This document shows, one piece after another, positions 16,911 through 26,643 of a stretch of DNA of 64,000 nucleotides. The notes under the pieces were generated by a model, which ran no database searches, had not been told where the DNA came from, and worked only from the letters and a program-made list of their open reading frames with translations. A program made the position numbers and the translations under genes. Where the stretch lies: NCBI GenBank assembly GCA_021162845.1, contig JAGGXX010000048.1, forward strand, positions 13,397 through 77,396, given 5' to 3'. The DNA is from Thermoprotei archaeon. GTDB lineage: Archaea; Thermoproteota; Thermoprotei; QMSL01; B3-G16. Position 1 is the stretch's first letter, and every line of letters begins with the position of its first letter.

Positions 16911-19001
16911 CTACGTCCTCTTTATGTAACCCGTTCTTGGCTCATAAATTAAACCATCATTACGCATGCGCCTTAATGTTTTTTCCACGAACTCGCGCGA
17001 GAGCCCTTGAGCTTCCGCTTCCTCGTATATCTCGTTGACAGGAACTGGCTCGCCGTCACGGCTTTCTTCGAGCATCTTTATTATGTCCATGACCTTGAGT
17101 ATCTTTTCCTGCTGACTACGCGGCTTGCCCACCATTACTATATCTATGTCAATGCTACCCGTTTCCTCGTCGTAACCGACGCTCGAGAGGTAAGTTTTCA
17201 TCAGTCGTATTGCCGCCTCTGCATCTTCTGCCGTCACGATCTCCCTCAGGGCCATCTTTGCTCTAGCCTCAGCTAGCCTAACTAGGGATTCCAGCTGTCT
17301 CGGCGTGATCGGTACAGGGGACGAACCACCTTCAGCTCGTCCTCTCATCTCCAAGTAGAAGTCCTTAATCTTCTCGATGGCCTCTACGCTTAATTTAGGG
17401 TGTATCCTCTCTCTAGCATAGGCTATGTATTTCCTGAGCAGTTCTGGAGGGATTACGCCCTCCTCTTCCACATATGTACCTCCATGAAGCTTAAGTACAT
17501 GCTCCGCTAGCCTAGCATCATGCCCACGCTCAGGTTTATCCGTGATGACGAATATCAGATCGAAGCGAGAAAGTATGGTTGGCGGTAACTTCCTCTCGTC
17601 TATGTTCTCATTAAAGCTTCTCTCGTAAACGTAACGACCGTATTTCGGATTGGCCGCTGCTAAAACCGCACAACGTGCGTTTAAAGTGGCCACTATACCC
17701 GCCTTAGCTATGCTTACAGTCTGTTGTTCCATAGCTTCATGCATGCTAGCCCTATCCTCATTATCCATCTTATCGAACTCGTCTATGCATGCTATTCCCT
17801 TATCCGATAGGACGAGGGCTCCTGCCTCTAGGTAAAATTCTCCCGTCCTCTTGTCCCTTACGACGGCTGCTGTAAGACCCGCAGCTGTAGAACCCTTCCC
17901 TGAGGTATATAAGCCCCTCGGAGCTAGCCTAGCCGCGTATTTTAAGAGCTGGCTCTTCGCTGTCCCCGGATCCCCTACTAAGAGTATGTGGATATCCCCT
18001 CTTACCCTTACCCCATCGGGATAGACCTTAGGCTCCCCACCGAACAGCTGATATGCCACGGCCTCCTTTATGTGCTCGTATCCGTATATGGAAGGCGCTA
18101 TGCTTCGGATTATACGTTCATGGATATCAGGGCTCTTCGCCAACTCCAGTATCTTTCTCTCATCTTCACTTGTAATCTCGACCTCGCCTAGGCCTGCCTC
18201 AGCCACCTCTATGTTATTCGCCTCTAGATACGTAGAGAAGGTCGATAGCTTTGCTCCCGAGACAGCCCGCTCCTGCTTGACGTTAAGTATACCTACTACG
18301 GTGACCCTATCCCCAGGGCGTGCTCGATCGACCAGATCGTCCCTCACTATTACCTCTAAGTTCCTAGGCAGTTGACCTGGTGGCAGTTCCTCAGGACGCT
18401 CCTGTACGACCAGCTTCTGCCAGTCCCTGAACTTCGATTCCTCTATTAATAGTCTCATGGATCCTCTCTTCCCGCAAGCGGGATTGGTGCATCGGGCTGG
18501 TTGCCGGAGCACGATGCCCTCCTGTGCTATTATAGTCCTCTCGCCACAGGCTTCACACTGAAAGACGGCCTCTGTTAGCTGCTGCTTTACGGGCGTAGCC
18601 CTCGTAAGTATCCCCTCTACCATTATCAACCTCCCTATGTGCTCAGCCCTGAGGCTCCTTAGAGGAATTGCCTCAGGCAACCTCCTGAACCTAGCATAGA
18701 ATACTGTGCTTTTAGCGTAATCGGGATCATCAATCTTAACTATATCCGTTATGGCCTTACTCGCTGCTTCAATAAAGATGGTAGGTGCTTTCAAGACCTC
18801 TTTAGCTAGATCTTTATCGTAAGCCACGAGATCCGGAAAATCTACTACAAGGCTCCTCTGCCTCAGGAGGATCATCTTCCTTATGCGTTCCCTATACTTT
18901 AATCGACCCTTCCTATCCTCAAATGACCTGTAGAACTCCAGAAAGCGTAAACGTGGATCCGACGTTAGCGCGACCTCGCTTCCTATCTCAGGCATGCTCA
19001 T
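16911..19001 (-). CDS. mcm: MCM replicative helicase
   Basis: Walker A GDPGTAKSQ, Walker B CIDEFDKM, Zn-finger CxxC...CxxC, 696 aa with no intein. Confidence 0.9.
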   Translation of the reverse strand: MSMPEIGSEVALTSDPRLRFLEFYRSFEDRKGRLKYRERIRKMILLRQRSLVVDFPDLVAYDKDLAKEVLKAPTIFIEAASKAITDIVKIDDPDYAKSTVFYARFRRLPEAIPLRSLRAEHIGRLIMVEGILTRATPVKQQLTEAVFQCEACGERTIIAQEGIVLRQPARCTNPACGKRGSMRLLIEESKFRDWQKLVVQERPEELPPGQLPRNLEVIVRDDLVDRARPGDRVTVVGILNVKQERAVSGAKLSTFSTYLEANNIEVAEAGLGEVEITSEDERKILELAKSPDIHERIIRSIAPSIYGYEHIKEAVAYQLFGGEPKVYPDGVRVRGDIHILLVGDPGTAKSQLLKYAARLAPRGLYTSGKGSTAAGLTAAVVRDKRTGEFYLEAGALVLSDKGIACIDEFDKMDNEDRASMHEAMEQQTVSIAKAGIVATLNARCAVLAAANPKYGRYVYERSFNENIDERKLPPTILSRFDLIFVITDKPERGHDARLAEHVLKLHGGTYVEEEGVIPPELLRKYIAYARERIHPKLSVEAIEKIKDFYLEMRGRAEGGSSPVPITPRQLESLVRLAEARAKMALREIVTAEDAEAAIRLMKTYLSSVGYDEETGSIDIDIVMVGKPRSQQEKILKVMDIIKMLEESRDGEPVPVNEIYEEAEAQGLSREFVEKTLRRMRNDGLIYEPRTGYIKRT

Positions 19002-19539
19002 TGCTCATTACACCTTCCAATAGAAGCGCTATCATTTTACGCCATTCCGAGAGAACCCTGTTTAATCTATCGTGTAAAATTCTCTCCTCTATCGTCAGGT
19101 TACCCAGATACTCCGTTAAATCAGCTCCCATCCTTATAGCCGATAGCATTTTCTGCAACCTTGAGCTCATTAAATCATCTATCATGAGCTCCATTTGCTT
19201 CTTCTCCCTGATCCTCGAGAGTCCTTCCTCCTTAGATAACCTGAGCGAAAGAGCTAATTTAGCAAAGAAATCCTCGGGTAGTTCTGCGGGCATCGGCGAG
19301 TGTTCCTCACGCCATAGAGCCTTCATTAAAGAGTCTGCGTTTATTAAGTTCTCATCGGATATCTCGACGGCGCCTTTATCAACTAGGACTTTCGCTAGCC
19401 AAAGGGGCACCTTGACCCTACTACCCTTTTCATAAGCCGAGAGATCTATACCCGCGACTTTCAAATCGATCTTTTTCCTAATCGTGACGATGACTTTCTG
19501 TTGTTCAAAGAGCAAACGAGCTAATTCAGTATCTATCAT
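18988..19539 (-). CDS. probable GINS subunit (Gins23-like), overlapping mcm start
   Basis: 183-aa alpha-helical protein directly upstream of and overlapping mcm by 14 nt. The gins23-mcm operon is conserved in Crenarchaea. The assignment rests on synteny and general similarity, not strict motifs. Confidence 0.5.
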   Translation of the reverse strand: MIDTELARLLFEQQKVIVTIRKKIDLKVAGIDLSAYEKGSRVKVPLWLAKVLVDKGAVEISDENLINADSLMKALWREEHSPMPAELPEDFFAKLALSLRLSKEEGLSRIREKKQMELMIDDLMSSRLQKMLSAIRMGADLTEYLGNLTIEERILHDRLNRVLSEWRKMIALLLEGVMSNEHA

Positions 19540-19641
19540 GAGGGCCGTCAGCCAGGTTATTTTATCTTCTGAATCCCTTTATACTTAGTGGGCTTGGCAA
19601 AAACGAAATTACCTTACTATATCTTAGAGTAATACCTTGCT

Positions 19642-19857
19642 TTACCTTGCGGTTAGCTTCCTAGCTTCTCTGGCGGTCTCCCTTAGTATCAATATATCGC
19701 CAACCCTAACGGGGCCCTTGACGTTCCTAGTTATGATCCTACCCTTGTTCGGTCCACTAAGTATCCTACAGCGTATTTGAGTTACTTCCCCAGAGACACC
19801 CGTACGTCCTATTACTTGTATGACCTCAGCAGGGGTATTCTCATCCATGCTACTCAT
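19642..19857 (-). CDS. rps28e: 30S ribosomal protein S28e
   Basis: [51 protein letters not shown]. Confidence 0.9.
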   Translation of the reverse strand: MSSMDENTPAEVIQVIGRTGVSGEVTQIRCRILSGPNKGRIITRNVKGPVRVGDILILRETAREARKLTAR

Positions 19858-19887
19858 AGTCCATCACGCTCTTAAAGCCCCCTGAGA

Positions 19888-20289
19888 TTACTTCTGTGAG
19901 GCCTTAACCTTGAGTTCTTGGGTCTTAGCCACTATTTCATCCACGAGGCTCTTAGCTTCACCAGCTTCTATTATGCATGCAGAGGCAGCTGCTACCTCTA
20001 TCCCTGCCGCTTCGCCTAACTTCTTCTTGGATGGCACGTATACATAGGGCACTTTCTTCTCCTCACACAACAACGGGAGGTGAGCCACTATTTCGGGAGG
20101 ATCTACATCCTCAGCTATTATAACGAGTTTAGCGAGCCCTCGTTCCACTGCCTTCGTGGTCTCATTGGTCCCCTTCTTTATCCTTCCAGTCTCCCTTGCT
20201 ATCCTCATGGCCTCATACGCCTTTTCGGCCAAATCTGAAGGGACCTCGAACCGTACATAGAATGGTTTACTTGAGGACACCATAACCAC
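19888..20289 (-). CDS. rpl7ae: 50S ribosomal protein L7Ae (also snoRNP/RNase P subunit)
   Basis: [55 protein letters not shown]. Confidence 0.9.
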   Translation of the reverse strand: MVMVSSSKPFYVRFEVPSDLAEKAYEAMRIARETGRIKKGTNETTKAVERGLAKLVIIAEDVDPPEIVAHLPLLCEEKKVPYVYVPSKKKLGEAAGIEVAAASACIIEAGEAKSLVDEIVAKTQELKVKASQK

Positions 20290-20452
20290 CTATGCTACAC
20301 TATCGCTTAACAGAACCGCTTAATAAAGGTTAACCCTGTACCCCGGAGGGGAGGCGGCTATCTTCGGGATTACCGATGCCCTTACACCTAAAGGGCTCAA
20401 TGAGGTTAAGTTTATGTATGTGCTGTCCATTGGGTAATGGGGGTGACCCTTA

Positions 20453-20635
20453 ATGCTGAGATTACACAGATGTTCGTTTTGCGGAAGACCCATACAGCCC
20501 GGGAAGGGCATGATATATGTTAGAAACGACGGCACAATATTGAGGTTCTGCTCTAGTAAGTGTAGGAAGAACATGTTAAACCTGAGGAGGAACCCGCGTA
20601 AGCTTAAATGGACACAAAGGTATATGAGGGAATGA
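20453..20635 (+). CDS. rpl24e: 50S ribosomal protein L24e
   Basis: [33 protein letters not shown] zinc-ribbon L24e signature. Confidence 0.85.
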   Translation: MLRLHRCSFCGRPIQPGKGMIYVRNDGTILRFCSSKCRKNMLNLRRNPRKLKWTQRYMRE

Positions 20636-20709
20636 GCTGTTAGCGTAGCACCATGGGATTCTCCTCTTAGGGGTCGATTTTTATGTCACATAATGAGAGG
20701 TGAATTTTA

Positions 20710-22485
20710 ATGCGGATAAGGTCGCCTATCGTTTGTGTATTGGGCCATGTGGATGTAGGTAAGACCGCCTTGTTAGATAAGATAAGGGGAACCGCAGTCA
20801 TGTTACGGGAGCCGGGAACTATGACCCAGCATATAGGGGCTTCGTTTCTTCCGTGGAGGGCCTTAGAAAGGGTATGTGGCCCTCTTCTTAAGATGGTTAA
20901 GGCCGAGATTAGGATACCGGGCTTCTTGATGATAGATACTCCAGGGCATGAGGCTTTTGTTAATTTAAGGAGACGAGGGGGCTCCATAGCGGATATAGCG
21001 ATCCTCGTGATAGATATATTGAGGGGATTTGAGCCTCAGACTTATGAGTCGCTAGACATATTGAGATCCAGGAAGACCCCGTTTCTAGTTGCGGTAAATA
21101 AAATAGACAGGATAGCTGGATGGAAATCAAGCCCCAATGCGCCCTTCATAGAGAGTATCAAGAGGCAGGATCCTGGGACGAGGAATAGGTTGGATGAGTT
21201 GATATACACTGTAATCGGCGAGTTCTCGCGTCTGGGTTTTAGGGCAGATCTCTACACGAGGGTACGCGATTTCTCGAGAACCGTCGCTATAGTGCCGACG
21301 AGCGCCCTTACAGGAGAGGGAATACCGGATCTACTAGTTGTGCTAGCTGGCCTCACCCAGAGGTTCATGATGAAGAGGCTTAAAGTAGAGAGCGGGCCGG
21401 CTAAGGGAGTGATCCTTGAAGTCAAGGAGGAGCCTGGTCTTGGGACCACCATTGATGTTATAATATACGATGGCGTACTGAGGCGGGGGGACATACTGGT
21501 CGTGGGTAGCATGGAGGAGCCCATAGTGACGAGGGTTCGAGGGCTCCTCTTACCGAAACCCTTGGATGAAATGCGTAGCCCGGAGGACCGCTTTATGAAC
21601 GTAAAAGAGGTTCACGCCGCCGCTGGTGTAAAGATAGTCGCACCGAATCTGGATAAGGCGATAGCTGGTGCACCAGTTTTCGTGGCTCCCAATGAGGCCG
21701 AAGTAGCAGCACTTATTGAAAAAGTTAAGGAGGAAATTGGGAGTATTAAGATCTTAAGGGAAGAGGAGGGCGTAGTAGTCAAAACAGATACGTTAGGCTC
21801 ATTAGAGGCTCTCGTGGATTATTTACAAAGACACAGCGTACCGGTTCACTTCGCTGATGTAGGGCCGGTCTCCAAAAGAGATGTAATAGAAGCCAGTATA
21901 GTTAGGAGGCAAAATAAGTACTATGGCGTTATATTAGCGTTTAACGTAAAGATATTACCCGATGCTGAGGAGTTGGCCCTCAATGAGGGCATCAGGATTT
22001 TCTCCCACAACATAATCTATAGGCTGGTGGAGGAATACGAGGAGTGGGTTAGTAGGGTAAAGGAGGCCGATTTGAAGCGCGGGTTTGAGGGGCTCGTTAA
22101 GCCAGGCATGATAAGAATACTGCCTGGTCTCGTCTTCAGGAGGAGGGACCCAGCTATCGTTGGGGTAGAAGTCCTAGCTGGACGCATTCGACCCCATTAT
22201 CCCCTAGCTAGGGCGCGGGATCTTAGGTACGTAGGGGAAATCCTGCAGATACAGGATCAGGGAAAGCCCATTCCCGAAGCTGTAAAGGGTATGTCTGTGG
22301 CCATCAGTATAAGAGGCAACATATTGGTCGGGCGGCAAATTAAAGAGGGCGATATACTATATGTGAGCGTACCCGAGGAACACATGCGTAGGCTGATGGA
22401 AGATTATAGGGATCTCCTCACGGAAGAGGAGCTTAAGCTACTTAAGGAGCTAAGAAATTTAAGGAGGAAGATAAGTAGAGCCTAG
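20710..22485 (+). CDS. infB: translation initiation factor aIF5B (IF2 homologue)
   Basis: GHVDVGKTALLDKIRGT G1 motif, DTPGHEAF, NKIDR, 591 aa. Confidence 0.9.
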   Translation: MRIRSPIVCVLGHVDVGKTALLDKIRGTAVMLREPGTMTQHIGASFLPWRALERVCGPLLKMVKAEIRIPGFLMIDTPGHEAFVNLRRRGGSIADIAILVIDILRGFEPQTYESLDILRSRKTPFLVAVNKIDRIAGWKSSPNAPFIESIKRQDPGTRNRLDELIYTVIGEFSRLGFRADLYTRVRDFSRTVAIVPTSALTGEGIPDLLVVLAGLTQRFMMKRLKVESGPAKGVILEVKEEPGLGTTIDVIIYDGVLRRGDILVVGSMEEPIVTRVRGLLLPKPLDEMRSPEDRFMNVKEVHAAAGVKIVAPNLDKAIAGAPVFVAPNEAEVAALIEKVKEEIGSIKILREEEGVVVKTDTLGSLEALVDYLQRHSVPVHFADVGPVSKRDVIEASIVRRQNKYYGVILAFNVKILPDAEELALNEGIRIFSHNIIYRLVEEYEEWVSRVKEADLKRGFEGLVKPGMIRILPGLVFRRRDPAIVGVEVLAGRIRPHYPLARARDLRYVGEILQIQDQGKPIPEAVKGMSVAISIRGNILVGRQIKEGDILYVSVPEEHMRRLMEDYRDLLTEEELKLLKELRNLRRKISRA

Positions 22486-22499
22486 GGGTGTGATACTCT

Positions 22500-22868
22500 A
22501 TGCCAGAATTCAAGATCGTGGTCTCAGACCCGAAAACTGGGAGGGCTAAACAGGTTGAGGTAAAGGATCCGCAGGCACAGGCTTTGATAGGGCTTAGAAT
22601 AGGTGATGTATTCGATGGAAGCCTCATAGGGTTAAAGGGCCTTAAATTAAAGATCACGGGAGGTAGCGATAGGGCTGGCTTTCCGATGCACCCCACGATA
22701 CCTGGTGGCGGGAAGAGGCAGATTTTACTTTCATCACCTCCCGGTTTCCATCCAAGGCGTGAAGGCGAGAGGAGGAGGAAAACGGTCCGAGGCAATATGA
22801 TCACTGAGGATATAGTTCAAATAAATGTCGTTGTGGTCCATGAAGAAGAGGCCTCTGCTAAGCAGTAA
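22500..22868 (+). CDS. rps6e: 30S ribosomal protein S6e
   Basis: KIVVSDPKTGRAKQVEVKD..LIGLRIGDVFDGSLIGLKGLKLKITGGSDRAGFPM. Confidence 0.85.
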   Translation: MPEFKIVVSDPKTGRAKQVEVKDPQAQALIGLRIGDVFDGSLIGLKGLKLKITGGSDRAGFPMHPTIPGGGKRQILLSSPPGFHPRREGERRRKTVRGNMITEDIVQINVVVVHEEEASAKQ

Positions 22869-23703
22869 CACTTGGAGAGAGCTTTAAGATTAACTCGTCC
22901 CCTCTTTGAATGCCGTATTCCCTCGAGGCGTTCCCCCTATTTATAGCGATCTCCAGATAGCCCTCACTGTTTATAAGCAGTAACCCTTTCCCTTCCTTCA
23001 CACTACCATAGGTCTCAAGGAATGGCAACGTGATCCTCTTACCGGTGCGTTTGATGCATATTTCCACTAGGCTACCTCTGTGCATGCGACCCCTTATTTG
23101 GCTCTCTTCTACGTTCGTTATGATGTTTCCGAAGACATCTACATGGATGACTGTGGCCCTGAATGTAGATCCTTCGATCTCCGCCTTAGGCAAGAAGAGA
23201 GTAACTACCTCGTCTATGGGAATAGGAGGTCCTACGTGTTCACATTTTACGCCTAGTGAGAGGTATGCCGCTACAGGTACGAACACATCTCGACCATGGA
23301 ACGTAGATGTGATCCTTTTCCTCAGCAATATAGGGTTCTTTATCTCCCTAATCGCTACAATACAATCCTTGGTGGATGCAGGAAGGAGGACCCCGTTATC
23401 TGGTCCTACGAATATGTAGTTCTTGCTCTCTATAACTATGGCCCTTCTATGAGTGCCGACACCTGGATCTACGACTACTACGTGAATGCTCCCTTTAGGG
23501 AAGTACTTGTATGCTGCCAGCAGGATGTATGCCGCTTCATGAACGTCATGCCTTTTAACATCGTGAGTTATGTCCACGATAAGCGCTTTGGGATTTATCG
23601 AGTAGATAACTCCCTTCATCTCAGCGACGTAAGGATCTTTATGGCCGAAATCCGTTAAGAGAGTTATAATCCTCATGCACACCTCTCCTTGTCTAGGAAT
23701 CAT
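22858..23703 (-). CDS. SAM hydrolase / SAM hydroxide adenosyltransferase (DUF62)
   Basis: MRIITLLTDFGHKDPYVAEMKGVI N-terminal signature of the DUF62 family. The true start is probably the internal Met at about 23676. Confidence 0.75.
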   Translation of the reverse strand: MIPRQGEVCMRIITLLTDFGHKDPYVAEMKGVIYSINPKALIVDITHDVKRHDVHEAAYILLAAYKYFPKGSIHVVVVDPGVGTHRRAIVIESKNYIFVGPDNGVLLPASTKDCIVAIREIKNPILLRKRITSTFHGRDVFVPVAAYLSLGVKCEHVGPPIPIDEVVTLFLPKAEIEGSTFRATVIHVDVFGNIITNVEESQIRGRMHRGSLVEICIKRTGKRITLPFLETYGSVKEGKGLLLINSEGYLEIAINRGNASREYGIQRGDELILKLSPSVTA

Positions 23704-23746
23704 ACACTCGTATCAACCTTAATATAATGTCTAGTCATAATACGAA

Positions 23747-24385
23747 TTGCGAAAGCCTATATCAGGGTGTGAATCCATGAAGTTCTTGGTACTTTCATGG
23801 GATGATCTATATTGGTCTACCGTTAAATTAGCGGAGAAGGTACAGATGTCGGGCTTCAAGCCAGACGTGATAGTGGGCATAGCCCGGGGAGGGTGGGTCA
23901 TAGCCAGACTTCTAAGCGACTTCCTAGATGTTTCAGAGGTGGTTAGCTTAAGAGTGGAATTTTATAAGAGCATAGGCGAGACCATGGACAAGCCTAGGAT
24001 AAGGCATCCTATAAGCGTCGATATACGCGACATGAAAGTATTACTTGCGGACGATGTAGCTGATACTGGTGGTAGCCTAGTAGCGGCCTCAGAGTATATT
24101 AGAGCTAAAGGAGTAGCTGACTTAAAGATAGCTGTCTTACATAAGAAGCCGTGGTGCAGGATAGAACCGGACTTCTTCGTTGATCTAGTAGACGCATGGA
24201 TAGTCTATCCGCATGAGTATAAGGAGACTATGAAGGAGATCGTGAGGAAGGAGGTAGCGATGGGTAATGCTAGTTTTAATTCACTGAAAACGAAGTTGCT
24301 CGGCATAGGGTTCGATGATAAAGTGATCGAGTACTTCCTCCCTAAGATTCTAAAGGAACTCGAAGTCGCTTCTAAGGGAGAATGA
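23747..24385 (+). CDS. purine phosphoribosyltransferase (type I PRTase)
   Basis: PRPP-binding motif VLLADDVADTGGSL. Probable start at the internal MKFLVLSW. Confidence 0.7.
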   Translation: MRKPISGCESMKFLVLSWDDLYWSTVKLAEKVQMSGFKPDVIVGIARGGWVIARLLSDFLDVSEVVSLRVEFYKSIGETMDKPRIRHPISVDIRDMKVLLADDVADTGGSLVAASEYIRAKGVADLKIAVLHKKPWCRIEPDFFVDLVDAWIVYPHEYKETMKEIVRKEVAMGNASFNSLKTKLLGIGFDDKVIEYFLPKILKELEVASKGE

Positions 24386-24389
24386 AGCA

Positions 24390-24399
24390 TTTATATATA
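24390..24399 (+). promoter_or_regulatory. TATA-like box tttatatata upstream of psmA
   Basis: AT-rich archaeal TATA-like element about 95 nt upstream of the psmA ATG. Implies a leadered transcript. Confidence 0.35.
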
Positions 24400-24493
24400 G
24401 ATTCCTTGGTTAGAAGAGTGAACTAAGAGAGGTGAGTAAGCCAGGAGTTCAGCTCATGTACGATGAGAGGTGTCATGTATGTTTACGCCTAGT

Positions 24494-25227
24494 ATGGGCT
24501 ACGATAGTCATCCCTAAGGGGTGACCGTAAGAGGGCTATAACGATATTCTCCCCTGATGGTAGGCTATTTCAAGTTGAATACGCCTCAGAAGCCGTAAGA
24601 AAGGGACTAACGGCATTGGGTATTAGATGCAAGGAGGGCGTCATTCTCGCAGCTGAGCGAAGGGAGTTCACGCCTTTAATGGAACCCGTGGATAAAATCT
24701 ACTCGATAGATGAGCACATAGGCCTCGTATTCTCAGGGCTTCCTTCTGACGCCAGGGTCCTTATAGATAGAGCACGCATTGAAGCACAGATAAACAGGCT
24801 CGTTTATGATGAGCCTATCAGCGTGGAGTCCTTAACTAAGACCATATGCGATATGAAGCAGGTCTACACACAACACGCGGGTGTAAGGCCCTTCGGCGTA
24901 GCCTTTATAATAGCTGGAATTGACTATAACGGCCCTCTTCTCTTTGGCACGGATCCCTCCGGGGCATATAGGAAATATTATGCACATGCAATAGGTGCAG
25001 GGGAGCAGACCGCTAGGGAGATACTCGAAAAGGAATATAGGCGCGATATGGCTCTCTCGGACATCATCGTGCTTTCATTGAAGATCCTCGATAAAGTGAT
25101 TGAAGGGGGAGTTGAGAGCTTTAAGGTGGAGATGGGCGTCGCTGATGTAAAGAGCCGCAGATTTAAGAAATTATCACAGGAGGAAATAGAGAGATATATC
25201 AGGACTTACCGAGGCCTTAAATCCTAA
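24494..25227 (+). CDS. psmA: proteasome alpha subunit, two exons (join 24494..24505, 24532..25227) after removal of a 26-nt BHB intron
   Basis: Exon 1 ATG GGC TAC GAT (MGYD) in frame 2, exon 2 AGG GCT ATA ACG ATA TTC TCC CCT GAT GGT.. ([22 protein letters not shown]..) in frame 1. Together they give the universally conserved proteasome-alpha N-terminus [22 protein letters not shown]. Unspliced, the first in-frame Met is 40 aa downstream at 24616 and an in-frame TAA lies in the 26-nt insert. Confidence 0.75.
24506..24531 (+). other. predicted BHB-type (HBh') mRNA intron in psmA, 26 nt
   Basis: Helix TACG(24500-03)/CGTA(24526-29); 5' bulge AT|A; helix GTCATCCC/GGGGTGAC (8 bp, one U-G) with loop TAA; 3' bulge AG|A. 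Cleavage after the 2nd bulge nucleotide, as in the tRNA-Trp intron 1 here, joins GAT|AGG in frame. Length is 26 nt (not a multiple of 3) and the insert contains a stop. Confidence 0.7.
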
Positions 25228-25242
25228 AGGAGGTAGATCCCT

Positions 25243-25947
25243 TTGGTCGAGAGCGGAAAATACGTCATAGCTCGATACGAGAGCCATGGAGAGCGCTTCG
25301 AGATAGTAGTATATCCCGAGGAGGCATGGCGGTATAGAGAGGGGAAAGAACGCGATTTAAGTAAAGTGTTAGTCTATGACATGGTATATAAAGACGCTAA
25401 AAAGGGGCTTAAGGCCTCAGAGGAATCCTTACTTAAGGCATTCCGAACCACCGACATCAATAAGATCGCTGACATAATATTGAGGCGCGGAGAACTCCAG
25501 GTGACGGCGGAACAGAGAAGGCGAATGATAGAGGCTAAGAAGCGCCAGATAATAAACTTCATCGTCCGTAACTGCGTGGATCCTAGAACAGGCGCGCCTC
25601 ATACCCCGACTAGAATAGAGAATGCTATGAATGAAGTAGGCGTCAGGATAGACCCGTTTAGGGATCCTGAGGAACAAGCACAGGAGGTCATAAAGGCCCT
25701 CAGAAGGATCCTTCCGTTGAAGATAGCCCGAGCTCTAATTGCGGTGAAAATATCACCTGAATATGCAGGTAAGGCATACGGAATGCTGTCTAGGATGGGT
25801 GACATAAAGCGCGAAGCTTGGCTACCTGATGGCTCTTGGATAGCGGAGATAGAGATCCCTGCTGGTCTACAGCCAAAGCTGATAGAGAAGGTTAACGAGA
25901 TAACACATGGTTCAGCTCAGGTTAAGATAATCAGTAAGAGCAGGTGA
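25243..25947 (+). CDS. sdo1: ribosome maturation protein SBDS/Sdo1
   Basis: KYVIARYESHGERFEIVVYPEEAWRYREGK N-terminal FYSH domain. Conserved position after psmA in the exosome superoperon. Confidence 0.85.
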   Translation: MVESGKYVIARYESHGERFEIVVYPEEAWRYREGKERDLSKVLVYDMVYKDAKKGLKASEESLLKAFRTTDINKIADIILRRGELQVTAEQRRRMIEAKKRQIINFIVRNCVDPRTGAPHTPTRIENAMNEVGVRIDPFRDPEEQAQEVIKALRRILPLKIARALIAVKISPEYAGKAYGMLSRMGDIKREAWLPDGSWIAEIEIPAGLQPKLIEKVNEITHGSAQVKIISKSR

Positions 25948-26639
25948 GGGAATTGGTCATATATTTTTCTCAGAGAGATGTAGTGATCCCCGGTCAACTC
26001 TTGGCTAAGGGCATGTACCGTCTGGGAGATAATGTCTATAGGATAGGACAGAGCATCTACGCCACAACCATAGGCCTTGCTGAGCTTAGGGATAACACTG
26101 TAAACGTAATCCCCCTTAAGGGGTGCTATGTGCCCCATGTAGGGGACCTAGTAATAGGCCTAGTCGTCGATGTTAGTCTGACTAGCTGGACCGTCGATAT
26201 AGCATCTCCCTATACCGCTTTGCTTCAGGTTAATGATGCGTTCAGTAAGCCTATTGACCCCCTCAAGGAGAATCTCCGAAAATACTTCGATGTGGGTGAC
26301 TACATAGTCGCTAACGTAATAGCATTCGATAAAACGCGTGACCCACTGCTCTCTACAAAGGAGCCACCGTGTGGGAAGATTGAGAAGGGAACAGTGGTCG
26401 AGATATCCCCAACTAAGATTCCCCGCCTAATAGGCAAGCGGGGCTCCATGATTAGCATCATTAGGAAAGAGCTGAGCTGCCAAATCATGGCCGGACGTAA
26501 CGGGAGGATATGGGTTTACTCTAAGAACCCTAGTTATGAAGAAATAGCTGTTAAGGTTATAAAGAAGATTGAACAGGAAGCGCATGTTGCTGGGCTTACG
26601 GATAGAGTTAAGGAGATGATAAGGAGGTTGAGGAGGTGA
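25944..26639 (+). CDS. rrp4: exosome complex RNA-binding subunit Rrp4 (S1 + KH)
   Basis: N-terminal domain [11 protein letters not shown]1 and KH ([13 protein letters not shown]) domains; synteny. Confidence 0.85.
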   Translation: MRELVIYFSQRDVVIPGQLLAKGMYRLGDNVYRIGQSIYATTIGLAELRDNTVNVIPLKGCYVPHVGDLVIGLVVDVSLTSWTVDIASPYTALLQVNDAFSKPIDPLKENLRKYFDVGDYIVANVIAFDKTRDPLLSTKEPPCGKIEKGTVVEISPTKIPRLIGKRGSMISIIRKELSCQIMAGRNGRIWVYSKNPSYEEIAVKVIKKIEQEAHVAGLTDRVKEMIRRLRR

Positions 26640-26643
26640 TCCT

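Noticed and set aside
16911-19001. Possible intein in MCM, as in some archaeal mcm genes.
   Set aside because: The length (696 aa) is that of an intein-free MCM, and the Walker A to Walker B spacing is normal.
20320-20574. 84-aa minus-strand ORF overlapping the rpl24e start.
   Set aside because: It is antisense to a highly conserved ribosomal protein gene and the L7Ae/L24e promoter region. No motifs.
24506-24531. Alternative explanation for the psmA disruption: a simple frameshift or sequencing error, or a non-AUG start.
   Set aside because: The insert is 26 nt, not 1-2 nt, and contains an in-frame TAA. It is bounded exactly by helices and 3-nt bulges of the archaeal splicing motif. The spliced product reproduces the consensus N-terminus to the residue. 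No in-frame ATG, GTG or TTG exists upstream of RAITIF in frame 1. An assembly artefact cannot be excluded without reads.
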